From a virus (taxonomy: Duplodnaviria; Caudoviricetes): a DNA stretch of 64,000 nucleotides. Location: positions 1 to 64,000 of the IMG/VR virus record IMGVR_UViG_3300020440_000012; one strand, written 5' to 3'. This document shows, piece after piece, positions 19,275 through 29,200 of the stretch (position 1 is the first letter of the stretch; the number at the start of each line of letters is the position of its first letter). The notes beneath the pieces were generated by a model. It was given only the letters and a program-made list of their open reading frames with translations. It searched no databases and was not told the origin of the DNA. Position numbers and translations under genes: made by a program.

Positions 19275-21080
19275 TTATTTCTCCTTCGTAATTTTACTTA
19301 TACCGTTTGTTTTGTCTACACTTATAATATTATCAAATGAATTTAACTTAACTGCCTCTCTATGAGAGATAACGTATACATTTTGATTATACAAAACATT
19401 AAACTCTCTTAAAATTTTAAATATTTCTCTAACCGCAAGATCATCTAAGTTTCCGTCTATGTACTCATCCAATAGTAAAATATTACTGTTTATACCAGAC
19501 CTATTCATTATAAAGTCACGAAATGCGAAGCTGATGGCTATTGATAGTCTCATCTTTTCACCACTAGAGAATGAGCCATACTCTGTCTCACCATTGGAGG
19601 TAATGAACTGATAATTAAGGTCTTTATCAAACATACATGTATAATCTGCACCCATGGATGCCAAATATGTTTGTATTTGTTTGTTTAACATCTTAATAAG
19701 GTCTGATACGACTAATCTTCTTATGTTGTCTTCACCTACAACCTTTTCTATAAAGTTGAGTATATTTTTATTTTCGACACACTTGTCTATCTGACCTTGT
19801 GTTTTTTGTAGGTCTTCTTTCTTTTTGTTAAGTAGTTCAGTAATAACAGGATCGTCAGATGAACCATCGAGTTCTCTTTTTATTATTAATAGTCTTGTAT
19901 CAATCTCTGATAATCGTCTCTTTTTGCTCTCGACTTCTTCTTTTATATTTTTTAATTTATTTAAGTTGTTTTTAATTTTTTCATCGACAACCAGTTTTCC
20001 AATATTCTTAATTAGTTTTTTTAGCTTTTCTCTTTCTTCTATTATATTACTTGCCAAACTTTTCGCCTGTTCTTTTACATCATCTAGACCTAGTTTTTTA
20101 GAAACAATAGGTTTACTATGTTCGGATATTTCATTATAGGTGTCTATATATTTTTTAACATAGTTTATTTTATCTTCATATTCTTTCTTGAGAATGTTAG
20201 TTATTAATTGTTTCTTATTAGTTATCTGAACATCTAGAGACTCTCTTTTAGATTTTACACCGTTTATAAACTCTGTTATTGATTGTATACCGGACTCAAT
20301 CTTATCGATGTCTATCTTTTCTGTAGACAAAAGAATTTGTCCCTTCTCGGTATTTAACTCTGTTTGTTCGTTCTCAAGTTTTTCAATTTTCTCTGATTTA
20401 TTTATATCTCTTTCTTTTTGACCACTTTCAATATCAGTTATGTCACCTCTTTGTGTATATGCTACTCGTTCTACAGCCGTTAGTTCTTTTTCATTTTCCA
20501 AATTATCTTTGTGTATGTTTCTGTACATTTCACCAAATATCTTTAGATCAAATATGTTTTCGATAAACACTCTTTTGTCTTGTTTGGTCATTGAGAAAAA
20601 GCTGTAAGCCTGATCTGAGGTGAGTATGAAGGACCTTAAGAAAACTTCAAAGTCTGTTCTTAGAATATTCTTTTCTATGTAGTTTCTTGTTTCTCTACTG
20701 CTATGCTTTGTTAATTCATTTTCTTTTGATATTGAGTTTTTGTAAAGCTTGCAGTAACTCTTAAATGGTGATACAGATACACCGGAAACTATGACAAAGG
20801 GTTTGTCGTCAGCCTTAAAGTATAAGATAACTTCTGTATTTCTAACAGGTAGTTGTCTGTTTGATATTCTCTTAAGACTTACTTGATTTAACATCTTACC
20901 GAAAAGTGCAAAGGTGAATGCATTTATCAGTGATGATTTTCCGCATCCGTTCTTTGAACCAGGAATATCATTGTTTATACCTGTTATTAAACTTATACCC
21001 TTATTTGAATCGAAGTCAAATTGCTCTTTATCGAAACACATAAAGTTGTCGATTTTTATTTTTTCGAATGTCAGATTCAA
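19275..21080 (-). CDS. 46: gp46/SbcC-like recombination ATPase
   Basis: NGCGKSS, coiled coil, FSSGEKMR, LLLDE, VISH. Confidence 0.93.
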   Translation of the reverse strand: MNLTFEKIKIDNFMCFDKEQFDFDSNKGISLITGINNDIPGSKNGCGKSSLINAFTFALFGKMLNQVSLKRISNRQLPVRNTEVILYFKADDKPFVIVSGVSVSPFKSYCKLYKNSISKENELTKHSSRETRNYIEKNILRTDFEVFLRSFILTSDQAYSFFSMTKQDKRVFIENIFDLKIFGEMYRNIHKDNLENEKELTAVERVAYTQRGDITDIESGQKERDINKSEKIEKLENEQTELNTEKGQILLSTEKIDIDKIESGIQSITEFINGVKSKRESLDVQITNKKQLITNILKKEYEDKINYVKKYIDTYNEISEHSKPIVSKKLGLDDVKEQAKSLASNIIEEREKLKKLIKNIGKLVVDEKIKNNLNKLKNIKEEVESKKRRLSEIDTRLLIIKRELDGSSDDPVITELLNKKKEDLQKTQGQIDKCVENKNILNFIEKVVGEDNIRRLVVSDLIKMLNKQIQTYLASMGADYTCMFDKDLNYQFITSNGETEYGSFSSGEKMRLSIAISFAFRDFIMNRSGINSNILLLDEYIDGNLDDLAVREIFKILREFNVLYNQNVYVISHREAVKLNSFDNIISVDKTNGISKITKEK

Positions 21081-22348
21081 AGCATTTGCTCCTGTGTTAT
21101 CTCAAAATATTCTTTCACCTTTTCTAAAATTACACTCTTCTCAACAGAAAATTCCTGAAATATTTTATCGTCTAGAGATTCTACATATTGATTAATGTAT
21201 TCTAGTTTTGAATTTTTATGATCTACATCTGGTTTGTTACTGTCATCATCTTCAAACTCTATAGAAAAGTCGTAATCTACAACACAAGGTTCTTTCGGCT
21301 TTTTTTCATTTATATGTGAGATAATCTCATTCAGTTTACCATAATCAAATTGTTTGTTCAGTATAAGTCTAACAAAGTTATTCTTGATATGTTTTTCTTT
21401 AAAAACTTCGTCTACAGGAAGTTTATCTACCGGTAAATCAGAAATAAAATATTTTCTGTGCATTGGTGATTCGTTGTTTTCGATAAACTCAACCTTTAGT
21501 GTATCGCAGTTTAAAATGTAGTGACCTCTATCGGAAGTTTTTGAGAATTTATTAAAATCACCCCATGTAAGCTGAAAAGGTGTTCCTAAAAATGTAAAGT
21601 TTCTATCTTTAATATTAAAGGTTCTTCTTTGGTGAATATGTCCACTATATATTTGACCACCCTTTTTACAAAGTTCGATAAACTCTCCTATATGTTTTTT
21701 TGAATTAGCTTTCTTAATTGTGGTGTTTTTATCTAGGTGTGGGTTTTCAGTTAGATCAAGATCAAAACCACTTTTAATCATTATGTTAGATATTTCAGCT
21801 TGTGAAACTTCTTCCGACATGTGATCTTCCATATAGGCTTCAATTAGATACTTATGTGATATATCAAAGTGGCCAAACATTCCATCATATTCTTCTTTTT
21901 GAAAGTGTTCAAGTTCGGATAGCCAGGGACATAAAAGAACTTTATTCTTTTTCATCATACACTCGGTTGGATTTTCGATGAGTTCAACATTTTTCATGTT
22001 TTGAAGCCACCTCATAGAGGATAAATTTGTTTCTGTGTTCGTTACCAGGTCATGATTACCTATGATAAAGATAAGCTTTGCATGTTCTGTTATCTTTTTT
22101 ATCATTTCTATAGAGTAACACATTGTCTCTACAGCAATAGACGGTCTTTCATGATGCCAATCACCACCAAAAAGAACAGTTTTAATATTTCTTTCTTTTA
22201 TTGTTTCTACGAGTCTGTTGATATAATCGTTTGCAACTTCTAATCTGGATTGTGCGTTTGATTTTATACCTACATGAATGTCAGAAAATACTAAAATTTC
22301 TTCATCATTTATCTGAATCATAATCTTGGAGTCCACCCTTATCTGCAA
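21077..22348 (-). CDS. 47: gp47/Mre11-like nuclease
   Basis: FSDIH, GGDWHH, IGNHD, GHF, SGHIH; start uncertain. Confidence 0.9.
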   Translation of the reverse strand: MQIRVDSKIMIQINDEEILVFSDIHVGIKSNAQSRLEVANDYINRLVETIKERNIKTVLFGGDWHHERPSIAVETMCYSIEMIKKITEHAKLIFIIGNHDLVTNTETNLSSMRWLQNMKNVELIENPTECMMKKNKVLLCPWLSELEHFQKEEYDGMFGHFDISHKYLIEAYMEDHMSEEVSQAEISNIMIKSGFDLDLTENPHLDKNTTIKKANSKKHIGEFIELCKKGGQIYSGHIHQRRTFNIKDRNFTFLGTPFQLTWGDFNKFSKTSDRGHYILNCDTLKVEFIENNESPMHRKYFISDLPVDKLPVDEVFKEKHIKNNFVRLILNKQFDYGKLNEIISHINEKKPKEPCVVDYDFSIEFEDDDSNKPDVDHKNSKLEYINQYVESLDDKIFQEFSVEKSVILEKVKEYFEITQEQML

Positions 22349-23156
22349 TCATTCTAATTTCTTCAAATGCGTCTTTTGGAATATATCCAGTATCATCGAT
22401 AAGCTTGTCTAAAGACATCACATTGTTAACGAGATGAAGCTTTTGTGAACAAATTAATTCATGTTGATTCATAACTTCATACCATTCTGGTTGTCTAAAC
22501 GCATCTGCTAGTTGTGATATTGTATATGTACCTGTGTTTCCTATATTATACACACCATTTAGATTTCGTTTAAGTAATTCAATGGTTGAGTTTACTATCT
22601 CTTCGGTTGAGCATACCGTATTAAATTCGTTTAAAAACTTATTAAATTTTTCCAGTTTGTAAAGTAAGTTTTTAGGATCTTTATACTTATTAAATAATAA
22701 TCTAGGTCTTAGTATTAAATCGTCTTTATTACAATGAAGTTCACCAATCATTTTAGATACTGTATAGTTACAGTGAGTTTCTGTCTTACCATTCTCGTAT
22801 TTTAATCCTTGTGTATTTTCATACAGACAGCCTGTTGAGATGTGTACAAACTTTTTTCCATAAAATTTACAGAGATTGCTTAGATGTCTTACAAAGTCTC
22901 CGTTAATTGTTTGTACTTTTAGCCAGTTATTTTTGTCTTCGCAATACCTGGTATCTGATATACCTATACAGTTTACAATATTATCATATTTGTATAGTTC
23001 TTCTAAAAATACTTTACTGTAAGTGCCTTCTATTATCTCATCTACGTTGACGTAACTTCGGTCTTTAACGGTGAATCCATATCTTTCAAATTCTTTTCCT
23101 ACAAAACCTCTACCTAAAACTAATGTTTTCAGTTTTACTTCTGACTCTGAAACCAT
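22305..23156 (-). CDS. RmlD-like NDP-sugar reductase/epimerase (extended SDR)
   Basis: VLGRGFVG, NCIG, HISTGC, YTVSK. Confidence 0.8.
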   Translation of the reverse strand: MVSESEVKLKTLVLGRGFVGKEFERYGFTVKDRSYVNVDEIIEGTYSKVFLEELYKYDNIVNCIGISDTRYCEDKNNWLKVQTINGDFVRHLSNLCKFYGKKFVHISTGCLYENTQGLKYENGKTETHCNYTVSKMIGELHCNKDDLILRPRLLFNKYKDPKNLLYKLEKFNKFLNEFNTVCSTEEIVNSTIELLKRNLNGVYNIGNTGTYTISQLADAFRQPEWYEVMNQHELICSQKLHLVNNVMSLDKLIDDTGYIPKDAFEEIRMIADKGGLQDYDSDK

Positions 23157-24109
23157 TCTACTGTCCTCTTTAAATTTGATTTAAAATTAGATTTGATTTT
23201 ATCCGTATCATAGATACAACTTAATTTAAAGTTATCAACTGCATATTTGAGATCATGCATGTTTCCTCTAGGGTCTTCTACAAATTCAATATGATTGTCT
23301 GAATCTGTGTCCAATATTTCGCAAATATTTTTAATAAGTTCAACATTAGATAGGTCAACACCACTTCCTAGATTTAAGTATTTCATGTGGCCGTTACTAT
23401 TATCGGCCACTCCCCATATTACTAGTTTGGTTACAATATCTGCTGTATCTCCGACATACAACCATTCTCTTTCGTTTTTACCTTCACCATAAACAGGTAT
23501 CTTCTTATCATTCTTAATACTGTTTAAGATTACTGGTATAAATTTTGTTTTATCTTGATATTCACCAAAGTTATTAGATGGTCGTAATATTAAATATTTT
23601 CCTTTTTCATGATATTCAATATTAGCTAAATTAATCATTTGCTCTGCGAATAACTTAGAAACTGCATATGGATTTCTGGGTTTAGGATATCGCTCTTCTT
23701 GAAATCTATCTTCATCTCCAAATTCTAGATGACCATAAATCTCATCTGTGGAGAAGTGTATAAGTCTTATATCATTTTTAAAGCACCATTTTGCAACTTC
23801 GTATGTACCTTTTACGTTTGTATGTATAAAGCTATCTAGTTCATTCAGTGATTTATCAACATGTGACTCGGCTGCCATATGAATACATACATCAAAGTTT
23901 ATTAGTTTGTTAAATTTGGAAATATTAACCACATCCTCCTTTTCAACGAAAAGTTTTGGATGTATATAAGCAAATTCTAAAAGTTTGTTATTTGAGGCGT
24001 AAGTCATTTTGTCGATAACAACAACTGTTTCCACTACATCTTTTTCTAATAGTTTAAGAACTACGTTTGTGCCTATAAATCCACAACCACCTGTTACTAT
24101 GACCTTCAT
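23135..24109 (-). CDS. rmlB: dTDP-glucose 4,6-dehydratase
   Basis: VTGGCGFIG, DKMTYA, AAESHVDKS, STDEIYG, YAVSK, NNFG, REWLYV. Confidence 0.9.
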   Translation of the reverse strand: MKVIVTGGCGFIGTNVVLKLLEKDVVETVVVIDKMTYASNNKLLEFAYIHPKLFVEKEDVVNISKFNKLINFDVCIHMAAESHVDKSLNELDSFIHTNVKGTYEVAKWCFKNDIRLIHFSTDEIYGHLEFGDEDRFQEERYPKPRNPYAVSKLFAEQMINLANIEYHEKGKYLILRPSNNFGEYQDKTKFIPVILNSIKNDKKIPVYGEGKNEREWLYVGDTADIVTKLVIWGVADNSNGHMKYLNLGSGVDLSNVELIKNICEILDTDSDNHIEFVEDPRGNMHDLKYAVDNFKLSCIYDTDKIKSNFKSNLKRTVEWFQSQK

Positions 24110-24110
24110 C

Positions 24111-24554
24111 TTAAACTTCCTTTACAATATCCGGATTTTGCTTAATTGTTTGCTTAGTAATTAAGTCTTTAATTTTTGTTGTAGACCACTCATGTGAACG
24201 AGTTGTGTAAATTACTTCTGGAGGTAGATCATCTCCCGTAAATGGCTTACCAATGTAATCTTCACCTAAAATTCTAATATCTGGTTTGAAAAACTTAATA
24301 AGATCATATAATTCTTCTTCTGTTTGATACATATAAACCTCGTCAACATACTGAATAGCCATCAGAGTTTTATATCTTTCATAATATGGTATTACAGGTT
24401 TATACTTGGTATATCTGGTAGATGAAGGATCTTTCTGTAAGAATACTAAGAATTTATCACAATGTCTTTTAGCTTCTTCGAAAGTATATATGTATCCTGG
24501 ATGTAACAGATCGAAGTTACCTGCCGTAAAGCCTATTTTTTCCTTATTTTTCAT
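24111..24554 (-). CDS. Cytidylyltransferase-like nucleotidyltransferase (TagD / HldE domain II)
   Basis: FTAGNFDLLHPGY, ERYKTLMAIQYVDEV, WSTTKI. Confidence 0.85.
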   Translation of the reverse strand: MKNKEKIGFTAGNFDLLHPGYIYTFEEAKRHCDKFLVFLQKDPSSTRYTKYKPVIPYYERYKTLMAIQYVDEVYMYQTEEELYDLIKFFKPDIRILGEDYIGKPFTGDDLPPEVIYTTRSHEWSTTKIKDLITKQTIKQNPDIVKEV

Positions 24555-24592
24555 TACTTATTATACATATACTTTTTTCAATTTATAAACAA

Positions 24593-26212
24593 TTATGTGA
24601 TTTGTGTCGATTCTAAATCTTCATTAATACAGAACAAATTGCTACCGTCTGAATATAGGAATAGTCCTTTATCGAGTGTCATGTAGATTCCTGAAGATTC
24701 ATGAGACTTTGTAAAGTATGGTGATTGTAGATTCAACATTGTGTTTACATGAGGATTTTCTTTGTATGAGTCTGTTAGTTTATATGAAACATTATTGGTA
24801 TTTACGAAGTACAGGTCCTCTCCGTCCGATTTCAACATCTTAATGTTAACAAACTTATCTGGAACACCAAAGTCTGATGTTGCTGAGTCTTGTGTTAGAT
24901 TAAATACATTTTCGGATTCATCTTGATAATATAGATTTACAGAGTCAGTGTAGAGATATGAAGGTCCTTGTTCGAACGCAAATATTTTACCTGCGAATTG
25001 TGTTGAACTTGGTGTTAGTGTACTTGCCGTAAATGGTGAGTCATCATTTTCATAGCCACCATAAATTAGGTCTTCACCGTCTATGTAGTCATGAATTGTA
25101 TCTGCTATTTTTTCTATTGCTGTTGATTGAATATTCTGTATCTCGTCATTAAACATTTCTGCTTCCGTTTGTTGTTCACCTACTACATCTTCATGGGAAG
25201 GTATTCTTCTCACAGCGGTACATTTCCAAACATAAACTCCTAATAATGGATTTATACCGTCAGAAAGTAATGTGTCGTCCATTACTTGAGTTATCTCAAA
25301 TTCTTCTTGATTATCATCGAAGAACTGCATTCTAAAGAAATCACCCACTTGTGGTGATATGTTGTCTTGATACTTACTTGTTGAGCTAGGGTCATAATAA
25401 AGTATATTCGTGCTTAAGGTTCCAGAAAAAGTAACGACAGAGGCGGCCGATGTAAATTTTATATTACCAAATTGAGAACCGGTAAAGTCACTACCACTTA
25501 TTACTGAGTAATACCTTTCTTCAGCGATATGTGGATTTATGGGTAATTTATATCCTGTTCCTGAAGCTATTTTCATGTAAGGAAATTTTATGTATTGTCT
25601 ACTATTTCCACCAATTATTCTACCTACTGGTATACTGGATATACTTTTTGTCCATCCAAAGGTGTTGATCATATCAACAAATGAAGTACCACTTAGTGTA
25701 GCTAATGTCGATGCATAGTTTGTCTTTGTTGAGTTTGGAACTCTTGAGGATACCACAAAAGGTGTTGTTAGTGTATAGGTACTTGTTGATGGTGAGTTTG
25801 AGAAAGAACCTGTAAATGTCTTAGAGCCTGTGAAGAGTCTCTGACTTCCCAGTCTTGTTGCATATCTAGAATTAAAATCACCTACACTAAAATATATTGT
25901 TATGTTTTCATTAGGTGTTATACCGTATTTGTTCATTTCAAATACATCATTCTCAACTTCTATGTAGATGTCCATATCACCAGAAAGATAATAGTTTGGA
26001 TCTGTATTTTCTCCGTAAATTAAATTTTCTATTCCTTCACCACTTGGTGTGAGGTCTAGAGAATTTGGAAACTTAGTCTCATGACGAAAGTATGTAGCTT
26101 CTATTCCGAAGTTTTCAATTAAGTCTTTATAATAGTTTGCATACAAAGCCTGCTCTTGATCAAGCGACCTTGTTCTTAAATATCTTACATTAGTTGTTGG
26201 TCTCTCTGACAT
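24593..26212 (-). CDS. gp14-like neck protein, paralogue A, with insertion and C-terminal extension
   Basis: DLIENFGIEATYF...IYGE...KYGI and PQVGDFF...FEI...YVWKC lobes. Confidence 0.7.
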   Translation of the reverse strand: MSERPTTNVRYLRTRSLDQEQALYANYYKDLIENFGIEATYFRHETKFPNSLDLTPSGEGIENLIYGENTDPNYYLSGDMDIYIEVENDVFEMNKYGITPNENITIYFSVGDFNSRYATRLGSQRLFTGSKTFTGSFSNSPSTSTYTLTTPFVVSSRVPNSTKTNYASTLATLSGTSFVDMINTFGWTKSISSIPVGRIIGGNSRQYIKFPYMKIASGTGYKLPINPHIAEERYYSVISGSDFTGSQFGNIKFTSAASVVTFSGTLSTNILYYDPSSTSKYQDNISPQVGDFFRMQFFDDNQEEFEITQVMDDTLLSDGINPLLGVYVWKCTAVRRIPSHEDVVGEQQTEAEMFNDEIQNIQSTAIEKIADTIHDYIDGEDLIYGGYENDDSPFTASTLTPSSTQFAGKIFAFEQGPSYLYTDSVNLYYQDESENVFNLTQDSATSDFGVPDKFVNIKMLKSDGEDLYFVNTNNVSYKLTDSYKENPHVNTMLNLQSPYFTKSHESSGIYMTLDKGLFLYSDGSNLFCINEDLESTQIT

Positions 26213-26220
26213 ATATAATC

Positions 26221-29200
26221 CTATTCTGCTGATAACGGTACTACTACTAAATCATGTCTAGGTACGCCATTTATATCACTTAAATAATTCATAGCGTTTT
26301 GTATCCAGTTTCTTGAGTATCTTGATTGTATACCTTTAAATAATTCAGGTTGACCTATTGATCCATGACGTATAGCGGAGGATCTTGTTGTGTATATACC
26401 ATTAGGAACAGTAAGAGCCTGTACATGCAAATAAAGTCTATTATTGTTGTAAAGGAATCCTGGACTACTTGAATCACCAACTCTGTCTTGGTGTGCGTCT
26501 CTGTTTGAAAATCTACCCCACTCGAATAAAGGATCAGCAACGTCTGTACATATACTAGTATTTAAGTGTCTGCCTACATCTTCTATATTAAATGTACCCT
26601 CTTTACTAGGACCACAAGCTATAATTGAACCTCTTCCGGCACTGAGTGTGTCTATGTCACTGTCTGACATAAAGGTGGCGTAGTCAACATCCAGTGTTAT
26701 AGGATCTTTGAGTAATACTACACACATATCATGAAAAGATGAACCGTCTGAATTCCCAGCAAATCCACTAACTGCAACTCCATCTCTGTATACAACTTCT
26801 CTGGTAATAGGATTGTATATTTGTCCACCAGGATCATCCGGGTGTGTCCCAGCTACGAAGTCGGCTATAATACCTTTTTGCATATTACTGTCTAAGTCCA
26901 TAAAGTAGGCGAAAGCATTGGCCGATGCTCCTTGTTTTATACGATTTGTTATTGGTGTTCCGTAAATTCCAGAGGATGCAAGTTGTTGTGTTGTTTTATA
27001 TAAATAAGCACTTGCGGCCGCAGTCAGTGTATATTTGTAACCATTTACGGACTTAGCTCTATAGGCACCACCAAATACAGTATCTTTCTGAAAATCATCA
27101 AATATATGTGAAGCTATTAAGGCATGTCTTGGGGATAATAATGTCATGTGTGTATTAAATGTATGTAAGTTTCCATAAACTGAAAAGCATGTTATTGGCT
27201 TCTTATTGTACCAACAGTCCAGATTTCTTTCAATGGCTGAAACTCCACTAGTTGAGTTAACACGAGGCCAAATTTGATACTGACCGCCTCTGTATAAGTT
27301 TCCACTTCTGTCATTATCAAATCCAAGAATTATCGGCATACCAGAAAGATGTTCCAGACCAGGCTCTTCCGACAACGACATTTTGTATTTTAAATATGCT
27401 TTGTCATATATTGTTGGTGGTTTAATTATTATGTCTTGTTTTCTTAATTTAGCCGACAAAACGGCAGATGGTAACCCGCTAAAATAAATTTGTTTTCTTG
27501 TATCGAAATTTTCAGCAAAGTTGTAGTCATTGATGTATTGAGGACATCTGTTATGACCTATCTCATGCCAGCCGGGTGCATCATATAATTGACCGTCTGG
27601 ATATCCGGAAGTTGAAAATCCTGTAGCGGGTAATTTTAGCCATGTAGGAGAGTATCTGCTATACTTTCTTTGAGTGTAACTGCTACTGTTCGTGCCGTCG
27701 CCTGTCTTGTTTACAAATAGACCACTAGCTATCGTACCTTCATTAATACTATCATGATAGTAGTTTACTACCCCACTAGGTTGTCTTGAAGTGTCGTATT
27801 CATAACCATCTTCATCTCTTTTAGGCATTTCTATATATGAGTGTGAACTAGTGGATTGTGTGTAGTCAAATCCTATATTTGCATCACCTGTTATTACTAG
27901 GTTATCGCATATTCCATACATGTTTTGTGCAAATACCATTCTTCTCCTGGATACAGAACCATCATCGTATTGAAGGTTAGTGTTACTATACCTGGATCCA
28001 CTCACTGAGCCACCAGCTGGTACATTACCTGACCCAATCACTGAGTGAAGATCACTGGCTGAGTTACTTGAACCTGTAATCGTTGTGAATTGAACTTCCT
28101 TGTTGTCTATGTATAGCTTGGTACCTGTTGTTCCGAATGTTAGTGTGTAGTTACCAGAGGATAATGGAAACGAGCCTATGAAGATAGGTGTTCTTCTTAA
28201 TCTGAGAGTAAATCCAGGAGTGCTAGTATCAACTTTTAATCCTAAATCTCTATCAACACATATGAATCCTTTTTCCCTTGAGGCTTTTTCATAGTTACCA
28301 TGAATGTACCTATATGGTGATTTAACTCTGTCTGTATTAAAGTCTGTTAATGCAGTTACAACAGGAGTTATTGAACTAATTGGATGACTGGCTGGGTTTC
28401 CTAGATATTTTATTCCAATACTTTGTGAATAGCTTGCTCTCGCCCATCCTGTTCGAAACTTGGTACCTGCACTTATTTGTGTTGATCTTGATCCTGGAAA
28501 TCTATTCCAAACTATAGCTGTCGTTACTTGACTGTTTGACACTGTTACATTTTGTCCTATTATATACGGGTCTACGACATGATTATCTTTTCTGGTTATA
28601 GGCCAGCCGGATGTGATGGCACTCGTTGGAGAGTCTGGTGCCTGTGTACCAGAGAAAGCAACAACTCCACTTATTGCACCTAACTCCCAATATGTTCCCA
28701 TACCTAAATGATATCCTGAAGATCCTTGGAAATGATTCATCGAAAATAATCCTGTTGATCTGAAAGTATTTTTATCATGAAACATGAATCTATCTACGAC
28801 CAATTCACCGGCGTGTCCGTAGTTAGATCCCATAAATGCCGAACATGGTGCCGTGACTACTGGTATACCTGACTTATGGATAATTTCACTTGTGTCTTTT
28901 TTGTAACTAAATGAAATTTTTCCATTTCTTGTATTTCTCATGTAGTCTATGTGAAGAGGTTGTCTGAGTGATACAAATCCCTGTCCTTCCCAGTGTAGTC
29001 TCTGTTTTGAGGTACCACTCATCGGTAATTGTGTTAGTGAGCATGTACCTGTTCTGTTTCTTGAACTTAATAAGCTCATACATCTATGTATTTCCTCTTT
29101 GGCTTCTGATGATGAGATACCATCTACCACATTGTAAATGTTACCTATCACACTCCTACTAATACCAGGACCTTCGGATACCTGTCCGGCAAAAAGTGCT